DNA from: an uncultured virus (IMG/VR IMGVR_UViG_3300021254_000023)
Lineage: Duplodnaviria > Heunggongvirae > Uroviricota > Caudoviricetes
DNA: 64,000 bases
IMG/VR virus record: IMGVR_UViG_3300021254_000023
Strand: one strand, 5' to 3'
Position 1 is the stretch's first letter, and every line of letters begins with the position of its first letter. Shown piece after piece: positions 51,301-60,044 of the stretch. The notes under the pieces are model-generated. The model was not told the origin of the DNA, made no database searches, and was given only the letters and a program-made list of their open reading frames with translations. The position numbers and the translations under genes are program-made.

Positions 51301-53360
51301 ATTGGCCTGCCCTAACTACTCTCTATGATGCATTTTATAATGAACATGCTCGTTTAGTTAATCTTAATGGACTGTTTAAGTATGCAACAGGTTTGAGATA
51401 CGTATATGATTCACTTCGTATATCAAATGCTTCAGAACCGATAGATCTTATTGAGTTCTTTAATTGGGATGTCCTGATTAATAACAACTCACGTGATATC
51501 TTTACGGAAGCTGGCTCATACCGTGGTGAGGGTAGTTTTGCTATGGTTAAGTACATCAAGAGCTTGAATGAATTCGAACTTCTTGTTAGAAAACTCATAG
51601 GTCCTAGCACATCAACACCAACTAGATTAACTGGTATAAGTAATATATTCCGTCAGTGTACTGTATTCATCAATGATCCGAGTCAAGCGCATCTAAACTT
51701 AGAGGCTTTATCAATCAATAATAATATTGTTTCGATGAACTCTACGTTCCGCGACTTTAAGATGATTGTTCCAGCTAACCCCATTACAGAAGATAATGTA
51801 GTTAGTGAGTTGGGTGGTACTCCAGAGTTTATTACTCTTAAGGAAGGTCTCTTTACGTATATTCCAAAAGTAGCTTACCTGAATCGTACCTTCTTGAATA
51901 CATATATAGCTAATTCGATTCCTTATAATTTCTTCGGTCTTCGTAGAATTAAGAGGTATCAGTACTATATAAAAGACGGTGATAACTACTTAATCGGTAA
52001 TTACTATAACCACACATACGATGCTCAACTTGTCGACCTTAGTTGCATGTTCATGAATGTTAGGTGGTATAGTGATAATGGTGGAGTAAATGCTAGATTC
52101 TTCCAGGGCGATCCTACGTTCCTCAGTGCAAATCGATTTGAAGTACTGAAAGTAGAAGGTGATACAGTAACCGATGAGGTTATTAGAACTATTACTGACC
52201 CAGACGTAGCTTATTATCAGAAGAAAGAGGATCCTATCTATGATGATCAAGGAAATCCGACTGGTGAAGTTAGCATTAGATACGTTCAGGCTGGTAAAAT
52301 CGGTAGCAATACTGAAATTACTGATACAGAAAACCTGAGAGGTAATTACAAGCATGACTTCTCTATTTCTCTTAGAACATCTGGAGGTTCAGACTTTGTG
52401 AACTTGTTTACGAACTTTGGTGTAGATGATGCTGCTATAAACTCTTTGTTTATTGCTCCAGACTTCTTCTATGGATGTAAGTCAACTGCATCAATCTCTT
52501 ACTGCTTCTCTAATAGTGCTGGTTATGACGATTATTGTTTAGAAGGTATTATTCCTGAGCACCTGCTTAAGAATTGTCCGAACGTAAACCTTACTCATCT
52601 TTTCCAGAATCTCCACATAATTCCAAGATATCTTTGGACAGTTGGTACAGAGGGTAGCGATAGAGAAATCTACAATGTTTATTACTATGTTCCAAAGAAC
52701 TTTACTAAAGCTACAGACTTGTCTAATGCATTTACCTTTAACTTCATTGCCCCAGAATGTGCAAGCACAGATGGTAATGGTGTAACAAGGTATAATAAGT
52801 ACTACGTACTCCTAGATATGTCTATTAGTAAAGATGTTTCTTCTCTGAGTAATGCTCTTCCAAGTAGAGGCTATGGTGGTCTTACTCACGACTCAGTTAA
52901 TGGTCTCTGGCCTAATTCTCATACCTATGATTATGCTATTCATTACAATATAATGTATAACATAGCAGATGATAATGGTAACGAGTTGACGACCGGTAGT
53001 GACGGTATCGATATGAACTACTTCAAATCGCTTCGTATTGATAACCTGGTTCCTGCTATCATCAGCTTCTTCGGAGAGGGTGATCTATTCAATGGAACTA
53101 CGTTCACGATTAATAATGCTGCCAAAACTGATACAGCCTATGCTATCACGGCTTTTAATCAGACGAACAATGTTATTAGTCGAAATCTTAAACTCCCTAG
53201 AGCTACTGGTTCTTGGGAAAATAAGAGACTTATTAACTGGACAGGTGATACTCTAAGTCTACCTCTGTGGGATTTCCAGATTCCTACCGATTCAATAAGT
53301 TCATATAGAACTATGGAGAACGGCTCTAGTCGTAGAGTTGTTGTTGAAAGTTCTCAATAA
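45396..53360 (+). CDS. Giant protein with a CotH-like kinase domain and LRR/BspA-like solenoid
   Basis: 'QGSST..YKCKNY...LKAD..DSSHSNN...DGFP...GVYNFN...DSVQKNM...FYDMDTCLG', followed by 'L..L.l.....l' and 'l..l...F' repeats. Confidence 0.7.
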   Translation: MKHNGQNIIFDEDVTLTGSLAGQKLSDIIREQAEEIERLKSNLKWIYKYGGVGGSGGSGGGGGSASGYVLFASLGSVQMSNQGVAFNGEGNYDLYIKITRPNGASFRVTYSYEVLNSSGVRTTASTTVTLDVSRNYEYSTTINLNCNGRITVTAVDSIYNETKANYLDYIIESYSVTGSLVDDTGKVYDSTEIFTSEAAIRGLRYRVSYDIAVESNDNSCYFVFSKGNEIHTATASLEGSRGYYDFDIKDFIALNESNSGYYSITATVNLNLVGQRTDPIVMVTSFNLVPQQLFLLVQPSTGSIYTEHHSDYDTNPDVYKYGAGFISFNVRPYLGSETSATAEIKYFVIDAEGNRTNDFTGTGISTKLGSQTEISIYAGTPGHCQIHFQVTSSGTTYPTPGTPGTVDGYVVYHFYIEAMSANIDWYSDDIARTATQNYWRLAEHTSSMQAFEDLAKSNIYQQTANKGDITLSNLTLPANITGGASYNSNIAIGIQFNEVNSETAPILTGKYRGTTALVLTQNSVTIHNTTFPYFLPKIRNYNKSDNQNYHLVNIISRKVNRIGNFDYFEVAIYVDGILEGASQTFTSQALIIDQLILGQTNSYINLLESTYLVAPEVSVPLDNDIYRYYLKYKNRIILSNVTDDELTLLTYSDKFTLDGNDVYCTSSDVIENIAKVLDVPTLVLTMAQDYKAILDAGYNENDEIDPIEVSIRYAAAHGNLLPIEFPSEFMGTAYFTIQIQGSSTKTYKCKNYTLTLNNRDESETASHFVYSPNYKSVSGLTGDAVKEAYKTFLPEESFTLKADVVDSSHSNNTSIGRFVNDVTKDFDTTSYTNSRNNLMGYTKNCLDGFPCVVYLSIPRVENGITTTYYYYQGVYNFNLGRESFYNLGYKDASVFCDAAGTPKLKDAGTGFCFHRVENSENYSLKNGLVVAEIQGNSPYFDFSQWDSTILYKSLSSVSKDNETYMFDDFVTGSDLNEASAKTILQNFVKNVSLAGGYLFNEIKKKFGDSSSGYGYRDGYSSLNEQGNPANQVPNYRVHIKKSLSGETQVFDVDPSVTINAGELNDLSALILGSNGDDGFLDFQSLSEYYTICMAFGLVDSVQKNMNLKSWNANSGSGHAKFYTAFYDMDTCLGINNAGKDVSYFAFSDYWKYDDSNVDSEGTVTPTSVTIYRDFSPKASSGSGVNTADFYDTPSSYLFAVAKYARLRAANMSINGETLGIAATALFPQELWAKWRAGATDDKDATVGCLVSAEHFMNNYFSNNLGKVGIPMVNLNYRNKYFIKSTNKDISQTTTGYSALNFAKFNGTRIAKATDWLDGRFHILDAYFNLPKSTSSFQYYNENGNYVNVPIAGTTDQFLGEPTYESSAYNLADNSDIFVLQDIFAGQGGVNQTAGDLDINVKAKEYSPLIINTANSGTRYLLGGNDRKYHIRVPLSGNQTYSFYGSGSWTDLDSINTFNFTTLNVSTKYLENLSGDSTRTNMVIGTIDMPSLKNLSLTSRTYSGELVITGEKYPNLGLVNVSNSQIKLDIQNSTFTNLNISNMTTEKVSVLGCTNLQNVVFGTGGSGTVSTTIDELQIQPMSASQLRNGVTINNSRIKNLTMVNTTYTGNRTKLVIQNDEALTTLSVRGISDVEVIGCPNLTNLYVQDPATPVSGNPNGDYLTTIIVRNCGTVNTDFRVGSATTTTGVVDLTNFAHLSVAEFRNIPGMYDCRLSTTSTVTLGNNAFSDSSNMRTLSGQKIILNGTSIFSNCGAFTMKTESGAWTNMEISNSLTSLSSMFSTNVGSAITLEAAKRFITNVVGSKASQITNMSNTFHGQSQIVYGQSQLAADLRGSSNYIDLSGFVNLSNVSGLFSWSGVHAIHKKMVAFGTNVSAISFSRFLFYGNTYMEIDALANIIDKIDYLWDSSPDYQRYLSTLYIVDSNGTVRTDTIPLKEFFHPGGDKHPTRLVELSRFELAKSQTFDMTDVFKNWPALTTLYDAFYNEHARLVNLNGLFKYATGLRYVYDSLRISNASEPIDLIEFFNWDVLINNNSRDIFTEAGSYRGEGSFAMVKYIKSLNEFELLVRKLIGPSTSTPTRLTGISNIFRQCTVFINDPSQAHLNLEALSINNNIVSMNSTFRDFKMIVPANPITEDNVVSELGGTPEFITLKEGLFTYIPKVAYLNRTFLNTYIANSIPYNFFGLRRIKRYQYYIKDGDNYLIGNYYNHTYDAQLVDLSCMFMNVRWYSDNGGVNARFFQGDPTFLSANRFEVLKVEGDTVTDEVIRTITDPDVAYYQKKEDPIYDDQGNPTGEVSIRYVQAGKIGSNTEITDTENLRGNYKHDFSISLRTSGGSDFVNLFTNFGVDDAAINSLFIAPDFFYGCKSTASISYCFSNSAGYDDYCLEGIIPEHLLKNCPNVNLTHLFQNLHIIPRYLWTVGTEGSDREIYNVYYYVPKNFTKATDLSNAFTFNFIAPECASTDGNGVTRYNKYYVLLDMSISKDVSSLSNALPSRGYGGLTHDSVNGLWPNSHTYDYAIHYNIMYNIADDNGNELTTGSDGIDMNYFKSLRIDNLVPAIISFFGEGDLFNGTTFTINNAAKTDTAYAITAFNQTNNVISRNLKLPRATGSWENKRLINWTGDTLSLPLWDFQIPTDSISSYRTMENGSSRRVVVESSQ

Positions 53361-53372
53361 TATAAAAAAATT

Positions 53373-53413
53373 ACTCTAGGCCTTGGGCTTAAAAACTCAA
53401 GGTCCAGAGTTTT
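53373..53413 (+). terminator. Terminator-like hairpin
   Basis: ACTCT.GGCCTTGGG/CTCAAGGTC.AGAGT followed by TTT. Confidence 0.55.
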
Positions 53414-53429
53414 ATAAAACAAAATAATA

Positions 53430-54608
53430 ATGTTTCATATATCATCGAACTTTTCGTATAAGTCAACTGACTGGCTTGATGCCAGACAAGGACAAGCTAA
53501 AACTAAATCAGATCTTCTGCACTGGGATATTCCGGTTCCAGAAGGATTTATGGGCTGCTTGGATGGTATTTGGTACTATTACGATTCTCTGAAATCTGAT
53601 CCTGAAACTGGTCACTGGGTTCCCTACGTGGTAGGTAATATTAATGAGGTTACACCAGAGGAAGACTTGAAACGTGCAGTTGCTGTAGGAGTTATCCGTG
53701 GGCTCAACAATGATGTTATTGTCCTTAAGAAACAGACGAAACTTATGGATAATGTGTTGTTTCCAGTTCAGATTGTTTCTGCAAAAGCTGATACAACATA
53801 CAACAGTTCTCAAGGAGATCAACTAGAAGAAGATTCTGCCCTCATTCTTCCTATAATCCAGAACTTAATAACAAGTGGTCAGTATAAAGAGGAATATGAC
53901 ATTAACGATGATGGCATAATTAATACGGATGACCGTGACGCATGGGCAAACTTATTTAATAATTGCCGTAATTCCTATACCTACTTATCGGCAGGTACTG
54001 GATCAGCTTACTGGCTTGAAGTAGGTTCGTTTATTCGTCCTAAGGTAACATGGAATGTTAAGAAACAAGGCTCTAGTGTTGTCCCTGAGATAGAAACATC
54101 TATTGTCAGTGGGCCCACAAACGGAGTAATAGATGGTTTTACTTGGACAAGTAAGACCGGGCTGAGCAATAATTCTGTTGCAACTTATAAGTATAACATC
54201 ACGTCCATCGTAGATGAAGATATTTGGGCCGAAGCATCAGTTAGCTATAAATTCGGTTACAAAACCTACACTGGTACTGGAAATGAGGCTTTTGGGGAAA
54301 AGTTATGGTACACTATGACTGATCTGGCTGATTTTGATAGTACTTTTGTTGAAAATGGTAAGATGTCAGCCAAAACATTCAACTGCTCTGGTGGTAAATA
54401 TCCTTACATCTTAATCCCTAAAATTTACTACAGTCCATCTAATAAAACCTATGTAAATGATAACTTGATGTCTGATTTTAAAGTAGTTGGTGTTAATCCG
54501 GGTGAAATCGTTCAAGTTAAAAATAATCGCGGTGTCAATATTCCATATGTTCTTTTAAGAACTACTTATATTCAGACAGGTAGTGCAATTAAAATAGATA
54601 TAAGATAA
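53430..54608 (+). CDS. Structural protein with a dockerin/EF-hand-like motif
   Basis: N-terminal 'NFSY....LDAR' module shared with 56170; 'YDINDDGIINTDD'. Confidence 0.55.
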   Translation: MFHISSNFSYKSTDWLDARQGQAKTKSDLLHWDIPVPEGFMGCLDGIWYYYDSLKSDPETGHWVPYVVGNINEVTPEEDLKRAVAVGVIRGLNNDVIVLKKQTKLMDNVLFPVQIVSAKADTTYNSSQGDQLEEDSALILPIIQNLITSGQYKEEYDINDDGIINTDDRDAWANLFNNCRNSYTYLSAGTGSAYWLEVGSFIRPKVTWNVKKQGSSVVPEIETSIVSGPTNGVIDGFTWTSKTGLSNNSVATYKYNITSIVDEDIWAEASVSYKFGYKTYTGTGNEAFGEKLWYTMTDLADFDSTFVENGKMSAKTFNCSGGKYPYILIPKIYYSPSNKTYVNDNLMSDFKVVGVNPGEIVQVKNNRGVNIPYVLLRTTYIQTGSAIKIDIR

Positions 54609-55198
54609 TGGTAAAAGTACTAATTGATAATGGACATGGACAAGGAAGTCCAAAAGGTTCCCCAGATGGAAAGCATAAAGAGTGGAAATGGGCTAGATCC
54701 ATGGCAAAACGCCTGGCTATTCGTCTTGCTCATTATGGCATTCCATCACATATTCTAGTTCCGGAGGATACAGATATCAGTCTAAAAGAAAGAGCTGCCA
54801 GAGCAAATACAATTGCTGCTAAAGAAAAATGTATCTTAGTCTCTATCCATTGCAATGCAAGTGGAGCAGATGGTAAGTGGCACGATGCTCACGGTTGGTC
54901 TGTATTCGTATCACTTAATGCTTCTGGTAATTCGAAGGCCCTTGCTTCTATGATGTCTGTGTGTGCAGAAGGTTCTGGCATTAAGGTGAGAAAACCTGAT
55001 CCACAGCACGGCTACTGGAAACAAAACCTAGCCATCTGTAGAAATACGTCCTGTCCAGCAGTACTTGTAGAAAATATGTTCCAGGATAATAAAGAAGATG
55101 TAAAATATCTTCTCTCTGAGGAAGGACAAGTTAATTTGTGCGAAATCATGGTAGAAGGTATATGTAATTATCTTGGAATTCAATATAGTAATGATTAA
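54608..55198 (+). CDS. N-acetylmuramoyl-L-alanine amidase (Amidase_3), endolysin
   Basis: 'LIDNGHG...E...ERAARAN...VSIHCNA...PAVLVEN' zinc-binding and catalytic motifs. Confidence 0.92.
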   Translation: MVKVLIDNGHGQGSPKGSPDGKHKEWKWARSMAKRLAIRLAHYGIPSHILVPEDTDISLKERAARANTIAAKEKCILVSIHCNASGADGKWHDAHGWSVFVSLNASGNSKALASMMSVCAEGSGIKVRKPDPQHGYWKQNLAICRNTSCPAVLVENMFQDNKEDVKYLLSEEGQVNLCEIMVEGICNYLGIQYSND

Positions 55199-55203
55199 TT
55201 ATT

Positions 55204-56166
55204 ATGGGATCTAGATTCAAAGTTCAACTTGATGAAGAGGGTCATGATTATTTTCCAGTAACCCTCACAGATGGAGTTGGGCACGAACAAACTAAAACAT
55301 CCCTGACGAAACTTATTAAAGTATACGATCTAACCACCATCTGGCCCACCGAAGGAATTAGAGGTGGTATGTTTTATGACATCACAAAAGCCATAGAGGT
55401 CCTAGATGAGCACCTGACAGAGGAACAAAAGATTCCTGGAGTAAGAGCCCAATTCTTGAATAACGGAAATCGTTTAGAGGAATGGCAATTCTTTGGGAAT
55501 AACTATAACTTTACCAATGAACTTGGTTGGGGTCAGGTTGATTCTAGCGTACTGAATGAATTAAGTGCAGCCGTATTTCCTCTATCAGTGACGCTAAACA
55601 TAAGTCAAACTCTCCTTCAGACGGGTAATGTCTATGACATTAATTTATCTTGGGGAGTATTCAGAAAAGGAGTTAATGTATCTATCAATGCAATGAAGTA
55701 TTTGAATGATATAATGACTCTTAAAGTTGAGGAAACAGTTCGTATACAAGAACCAAGTGCAACTACATTATCTTATAAATTTCTAGCTACGTATCAAGGA
55801 CTAAGCGATAGTGTAACAAAAACTATCAAAGTAGTAGATCCATCTTACTCTGGAATCTTAGAGCCGACGGATGGAACAGATACAGTTGCTATAGGAAATG
55901 CTATTTATGCAGGAAAACTAAAACAAACTAGTTCTCTATTACCTAGTCGTAGTTATACTTGGTCTGGGATTAATTTAGTTCACCAGAGATCATGTTTCGT
56001 GTACCCAGCCGCTTTTGGTAAGCTCTCGAGCATACGAGATGCTAATAATTTTGAATATCTCGGTTCCTATACTCAAACCGACGTAGTAGTTAATGGTGTA
56101 CAATATTACGCCTATACTTTAACAGACCCTGTAACAGTAACGGGATTCAAACAAACCTTTAGTTAA
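55204..56166 (+). CDS. Structural protein
   Basis: C-terminal 'FVYPAAFGKLSSIRDANNFEYL' domain is paralogous to 39011. Confidence 0.55.
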   Translation: MGSRFKVQLDEEGHDYFPVTLTDGVGHEQTKTSLTKLIKVYDLTTIWPTEGIRGGMFYDITKAIEVLDEHLTEEQKIPGVRAQFLNNGNRLEEWQFFGNNYNFTNELGWGQVDSSVLNELSAAVFPLSVTLNISQTLLQTGNVYDINLSWGVFRKGVNVSINAMKYLNDIMTLKVEETVRIQEPSATTLSYKFLATYQGLSDSVTKTIKVVDPSYSGILEPTDGTDTVAIGNAIYAGKLKQTSSLLPSRSYTWSGINLVHQRSCFVYPAAFGKLSSIRDANNFEYLGSYTQTDVVVNGVQYYAYTLTDPVTVTGFKQTFS

Positions 56167-56169
56167 GTT

Positions 56170-57990
56170 ATGGCACTAAAAGTAGGTGATAATTTTAGTT
56201 ATAGAGGCCAGAAACCGAATTTCGAAAGAGATACGTTTGCAACTCTGGCTGCAATGAAAAGTTTCCCTACCACAAGTATAGACGAAGGTCACATATCTCT
56301 ATGTCTTGAGGATGGAAAACGATATAAATATTCTGCAAGTTTCTCTGTAGATCCTACCTTGGGGAAATGGAGAAGAGTTATTGATTCTGTATTGGATGCC
56401 TCCTCTGAAAATCCAGTTCAAAATAAAGTAATATTATCAAAGTTTAGGGAAGATGAAGCCGCCTTTGCCCAACAACTAGCAGCTCTTGCACAAAGTACTG
56501 CTACAAATTTGGAGGGAACAAGGCAGGCTTTACTCGAAGAAGACGCAAGAAATAGACGTGAGATAGAAGCTCTTATTCAGGCTGGTTCTACTGCAGCCTC
56601 TGAAGCATTAGCCAATCTAAGAAAAGACGTTGAAGATGATGAAGCTGCTACGGCTGCATCTCTTAATGATAAAGTTGGCCAAAGTAGAACTATTAATGGG
56701 CATGACCTAAGTGAAGATGTTATCCTAAGCAAAGCTGATGTTGGACTTAGCGAAGTCGATAATACGAGCGATGCTGACAAACCCGTCTCCACTTTGACAC
56801 AGTTAGCCCTTGATAAAAAAGTTGATAAACAGACAGGGTATTCTCTCATATCTAATACAGCTCTTACCAAATTAAATAATCTCCCATCACAGTCAGAACT
56901 TTCGGGAGAACTACAAACACTTAGTGGAAATCTAAGTAGTCATGTAGATAATAAAGAAAATCCTCACGAAGTAACAAAAGCTCAGGTTGGTCTAGGGAAC
57001 GTAGATAATACTAGTGATGCTGATAAACCAGTGTCTACAGCTACCCAGACTGCTTTAGACGAAAAAGTTTCTAAGACAACTAAAATTAATGGTCATGCTC
57101 TAGATACAGATATTACTATCCTGAAAAGTGATATAGGTCTAGGGAACGTAGATAATACTAGCGACCTCGATAAGCCTGTGTCTACTGCACAGCAGGAAGC
57201 TATAAACGAGCTTGGTCGAAACACTAGTGCTGCGTTGAATGACTTAAAGACGGCAGTCGAATCTGTAGAAACCTCTCTTAATGATAGCAGTGAAGCTTCT
57301 GCATCGGCAATAAATGAGTTGGCAGGTGTCCTGAAAAACCTAACCATTAATGGCAAGCCGATGGATGGAACAAACTTTACCATTACGAAAGAGGATGTTG
57401 GTCTAGGAAACGTGGAGAACGAAAGTACTTCTTCTATGCCCGTTAGTACGGCTACGCAAGAAGCTCTTAATGCCAAGGTAGATAAAACTACTTCTATTAA
57501 TGGTCACCTCTTATCAACCAATGTAACCATTACGAAAGAGGATATTGGTCTAGGAAATGTTGATAATACTAGCGATCTTAACAAACCCATCTCGACGGCT
57601 ACACAAGAGGCTTTAGATGGAAAAGTAGAAACTAGTACAACAGTAAACGGCCACGCTCTTAGTGGAAATGTAGAAGTTACAAAAACCGATCTTGGCCTAC
57701 AAGACCTAGAGTCTGTCGTTCTTCAAGGACGAGTTACTGCTGCACTCACGGAAATCAATGCAGATGTTCAATCTCTTACGACAACAGTAACAACAAATGA
57801 AGGTGTTGTTGCCGCTGCACTGAACGAACTTATACTGCCACATGACGTATTAAAATTCTGGATAGGTACAGAAACTCAATATGCAAATTTAGAGGGGTAT
57901 TCTGATAACACCCTTTATATAATTACTGAAGATGTTGAGGTTGAGCCTACTCCAGCATCAGATTCAGAAAACATAGATCCAGAAGGATGA
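56170..57990 (+). CDS. Tail fibre-like protein with phage tail repeats
   Basis: Five 'GLGNVDNTSDxDKPVST'-type repeats, 'INGH.L..DV' repeats and coiled-coil segments. Confidence 0.75.
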   Translation: MALKVGDNFSYRGQKPNFERDTFATLAAMKSFPTTSIDEGHISLCLEDGKRYKYSASFSVDPTLGKWRRVIDSVLDASSENPVQNKVILSKFREDEAAFAQQLAALAQSTATNLEGTRQALLEEDARNRREIEALIQAGSTAASEALANLRKDVEDDEAATAASLNDKVGQSRTINGHDLSEDVILSKADVGLSEVDNTSDADKPVSTLTQLALDKKVDKQTGYSLISNTALTKLNNLPSQSELSGELQTLSGNLSSHVDNKENPHEVTKAQVGLGNVDNTSDADKPVSTATQTALDEKVSKTTKINGHALDTDITILKSDIGLGNVDNTSDLDKPVSTAQQEAINELGRNTSAALNDLKTAVESVETSLNDSSEASASAINELAGVLKNLTINGKPMDGTNFTITKEDVGLGNVENESTSSMPVSTATQEALNAKVDKTTSINGHLLSTNVTITKEDIGLGNVDNTSDLNKPISTATQEALDGKVETSTTVNGHALSGNVEVTKTDLGLQDLESVVLQGRVTAALTEINADVQSLTTTVTTNEGVVAAALNELILPHDVLKFWIGTETQYANLEGYSDNTLYIITEDVEVEPTPASDSENIDPEG

Positions 57991-58077
57991 AATTAAAATT
58001 AGGACAAGAGACCCCGAAGACAATTCGCCTAGGGACTCTTGAGGTAAAAAAACTCTTCTTAGGAAGAATGCTTATTT

Positions 58078-58506
58078 ATGCTGAAGCTCAATAGATTTAT
58101 ATCAATGACTTCTCCGGTGGGTACATGGGAACCTTCTCAACTCATCGGAGCTAGAGTCAAAATAAAATCCATGTCTCTTCGTTCCTCACTTTTTGGTTTC
58201 GATTCTGATTCAATCTACGTAATTTCCGATATAGGTTTCCGAATGTCAAAGCTCGGAAAAGCCTATGGGATAGTTTACTTGGAGGGTTTTGGTACGAAGG
58301 AGTTTGTGTGGAAAGACTTAGAGATTTTAAGTCTAGATACTACACTCCATAAAAAGGCCATCTGTGGACAATTCTGTTGCGGCGGTTCATTAGTAGGTTG
58401 GCAAATTACACTGGATGATTTCTACGACAACATGTGGGATGATGGTGATGACTTGACTAACCCAGAAGAGAATGAAACTGGTGAGGATGGAGATTTACTT
58501 GATTAG
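58078..58506 (+). CDS. Hypothetical protein with acidic tail
   Basis: 142 aa; 'ICGQFCCG' motif. Confidence 0.6.
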   Translation: MLKLNRFISMTSPVGTWEPSQLIGARVKIKSMSLRSSLFGFDSDSIYVISDIGFRMSKLGKAYGIVYLEGFGTKEFVWKDLEILSLDTTLHKKAICGQFCCGGSLVGWQITLDDFYDNMWDDGDDLTNPEENETGEDGDLLD

Positions 58507-58508
58507 TT

Positions 58509-59102
58509 ATGATTTTAAGGTATACACGATTTGAAAAAATTTATAGTTCTCGGGAAGAGGCTATAACCAAATTAAATAACACCTCCCGATACTATGCCGA
58601 AAATGTAGCAATCAGGTATAAATCGGGCGAAAAGATATGTACTATGCTTGCCCTTTATCAGAGCACGACAAAGGGTGACTATACTATCAATTACGATTCT
58701 GGTGGTTCTTCTAGCGGAAGCAGTAGCTCAATAGGTTCTGGAGCAGTTAAGGAAGTGACTCGTAGAAATACGACGGAAACTGACTTGGATGCACTTAATC
58801 GAGCTTACTTTGGAAGTACACCAGGAGAAGGAGACATGGTTATTATTAACACTAGGGGAGTTGACTACAAAGCTATCTACTTTTATCACGGAAGTTCTTG
58901 GGTATGCTTATCTGGGACGGATGAGATAAAAGGTAGGAGCTCATCTACGCTAAACCTATCTGTCAATACGGATAAAATAACTGGCCTAACTACAATTTAT
59001 GGTGAAGTTCCTATTGACAATAGTTCCATAGTAGTAGACACAGTTACAAAGAAACTTAGAGTTAATATAATTGATGGAGGAAATTTAAGCGACCTGATAT
59101 GA
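58509..59102 (+). CDS. Tail fibre-associated protein
   Basis: N-terminus resembles that of 39011; Ser/Gly linker. Confidence 0.5.
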   Translation: MILRYTRFEKIYSSREEAITKLNNTSRYYAENVAIRYKSGEKICTMLALYQSTTKGDYTINYDSGGSSSGSSSSIGSGAVKEVTRRNTTETDLDALNRAYFGSTPGEGDMVIINTRGVDYKAIYFYHGSSWVCLSGTDEIKGRSSSTLNLSVNTDKITGLTTIYGEVPIDNSSIVVDTVTKKLRVNIIDGGNLSDLI

Positions 59103-59440
59103 AAAATTCTTATAAAAAGACAAAGTGGGTCGATAATAAGACTCCAGTCTGCGCTCAAAACTTAAATAAAATTGAGAATGCGCTCTCTGAGATATATGAA
59201 AAATGTCCAGAGAGGGATTCATTTAGGGAAGGAAATGGAATTCTTTTTGATAACGACAACGAAGGAAACACCGTAATTGGTGTAGACAGTACAGTCTTAA
59301 CCTCTATCACTTGTACTGGAATCGAAGTTGTCACAGAAGAGCCGCTAAATCCCATAAAAAATAAAATGTACTTTGTGCTCAATCAGGATATGTACCTGAG
59401 CAAGGTACAGATGAATGGTATAACATTATTTGAAATCTAA
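59099..59440 (+). CDS. Small tail fibre-associated protein
   Basis: 'YKKTKWVD..TP..AQNLNKIE' motif typical of fibre N-termini. Confidence 0.55.
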   Translation: MKNSYKKTKWVDNKTPVCAQNLNKIENALSEIYEKCPERDSFREGNGILFDNDNEGNTVIGVDSTVLTSITCTGIEVVTEEPLNPIKNKMYFVLNQDMYLSKVQMNGITLFEI

Positions 59441-59446
59441 TAAATT

Positions 59447-60031
59447 ATGCCAGCAGAGATACAAAGAATCAAACTCCTAAAGGGTACAAGAGGATCCCTT
59501 GAGGAAAGTGAAGTAATCCTCTTAGATGGTGAACTGTGTTTGGTGAACTCTGAGGGGACCGGATATGATTCTCTTGTAATCGGAGATGGCAGGACTGAAG
59601 CAAAGTCTTTAACACTTATACCATTGAATGTAGCCCAAGGTTCTGTATTCTTAGGGCGAGCACATCCTACTCTTATCCCAGGTACACCTACTGGACCTGT
59701 TTTTTACCTGGCAGATATTGCTGGGGAATATACAGGATTTGGTAATATGGTAATAGATGAGGGAGAAACTGCTTTTATTATGTATAGATATGGTGGTTGG
59801 TCTAAAATCACTATCAATACTAAACAAATAATTGATACAGAACTTTCGGATACTTCAGAAAATCCGGTCCAGAACAAGGTAATCTATAAAGCCTTGAAGG
59901 ACTTAAAAAATGAGATATTTGAAGGTAAAGTGACTATCGACTCCGAATTTTCCGATAGTTCAGAGAATCCAATCATGAACCGTACCGTCACTCAAAAATT
60001 CAATGAGTTTGATTGGTACACAGGAAACTAA
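59447..60031 (+). CDS. Tail fibre adaptor-like protein (Mtd/hyaluronidase N-terminal-like)
   Basis: 'IKLLKGT...ILLDGELCL...IGDG' and two 'DxE.S..SENP..N' repeats. Confidence 0.55.
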   Translation: MPAEIQRIKLLKGTRGSLEESEVILLDGELCLVNSEGTGYDSLVIGDGRTEAKSLTLIPLNVAQGSVFLGRAHPTLIPGTPTGPVFYLADIAGEYTGFGNMVIDEGETAFIMYRYGGWSKITINTKQIIDTELSDTSENPVQNKVIYKALKDLKNEIFEGKVTIDSEFSDSSENPIMNRTVTQKFNEFDWYTGN

Positions 60032-60044
60032 ACAAATTTAAATT

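Noticed and set aside
56740..57600. DNA repeats (GGTCTAGGGAACGTAGATAATACTAG) as a CRISPR array or DGR template/variable repeats
   Set aside because: They are in-frame protein repeats varying mostly at synonymous sites; no reverse transcriptase or adenine-specific variation is evident.
58005..58041. Hairpin CAAGAG...CTCTTG as a plus-strand terminator
   Set aside because: The stem is interrupted and no U-tract follows on the plus strand; function is unclear.
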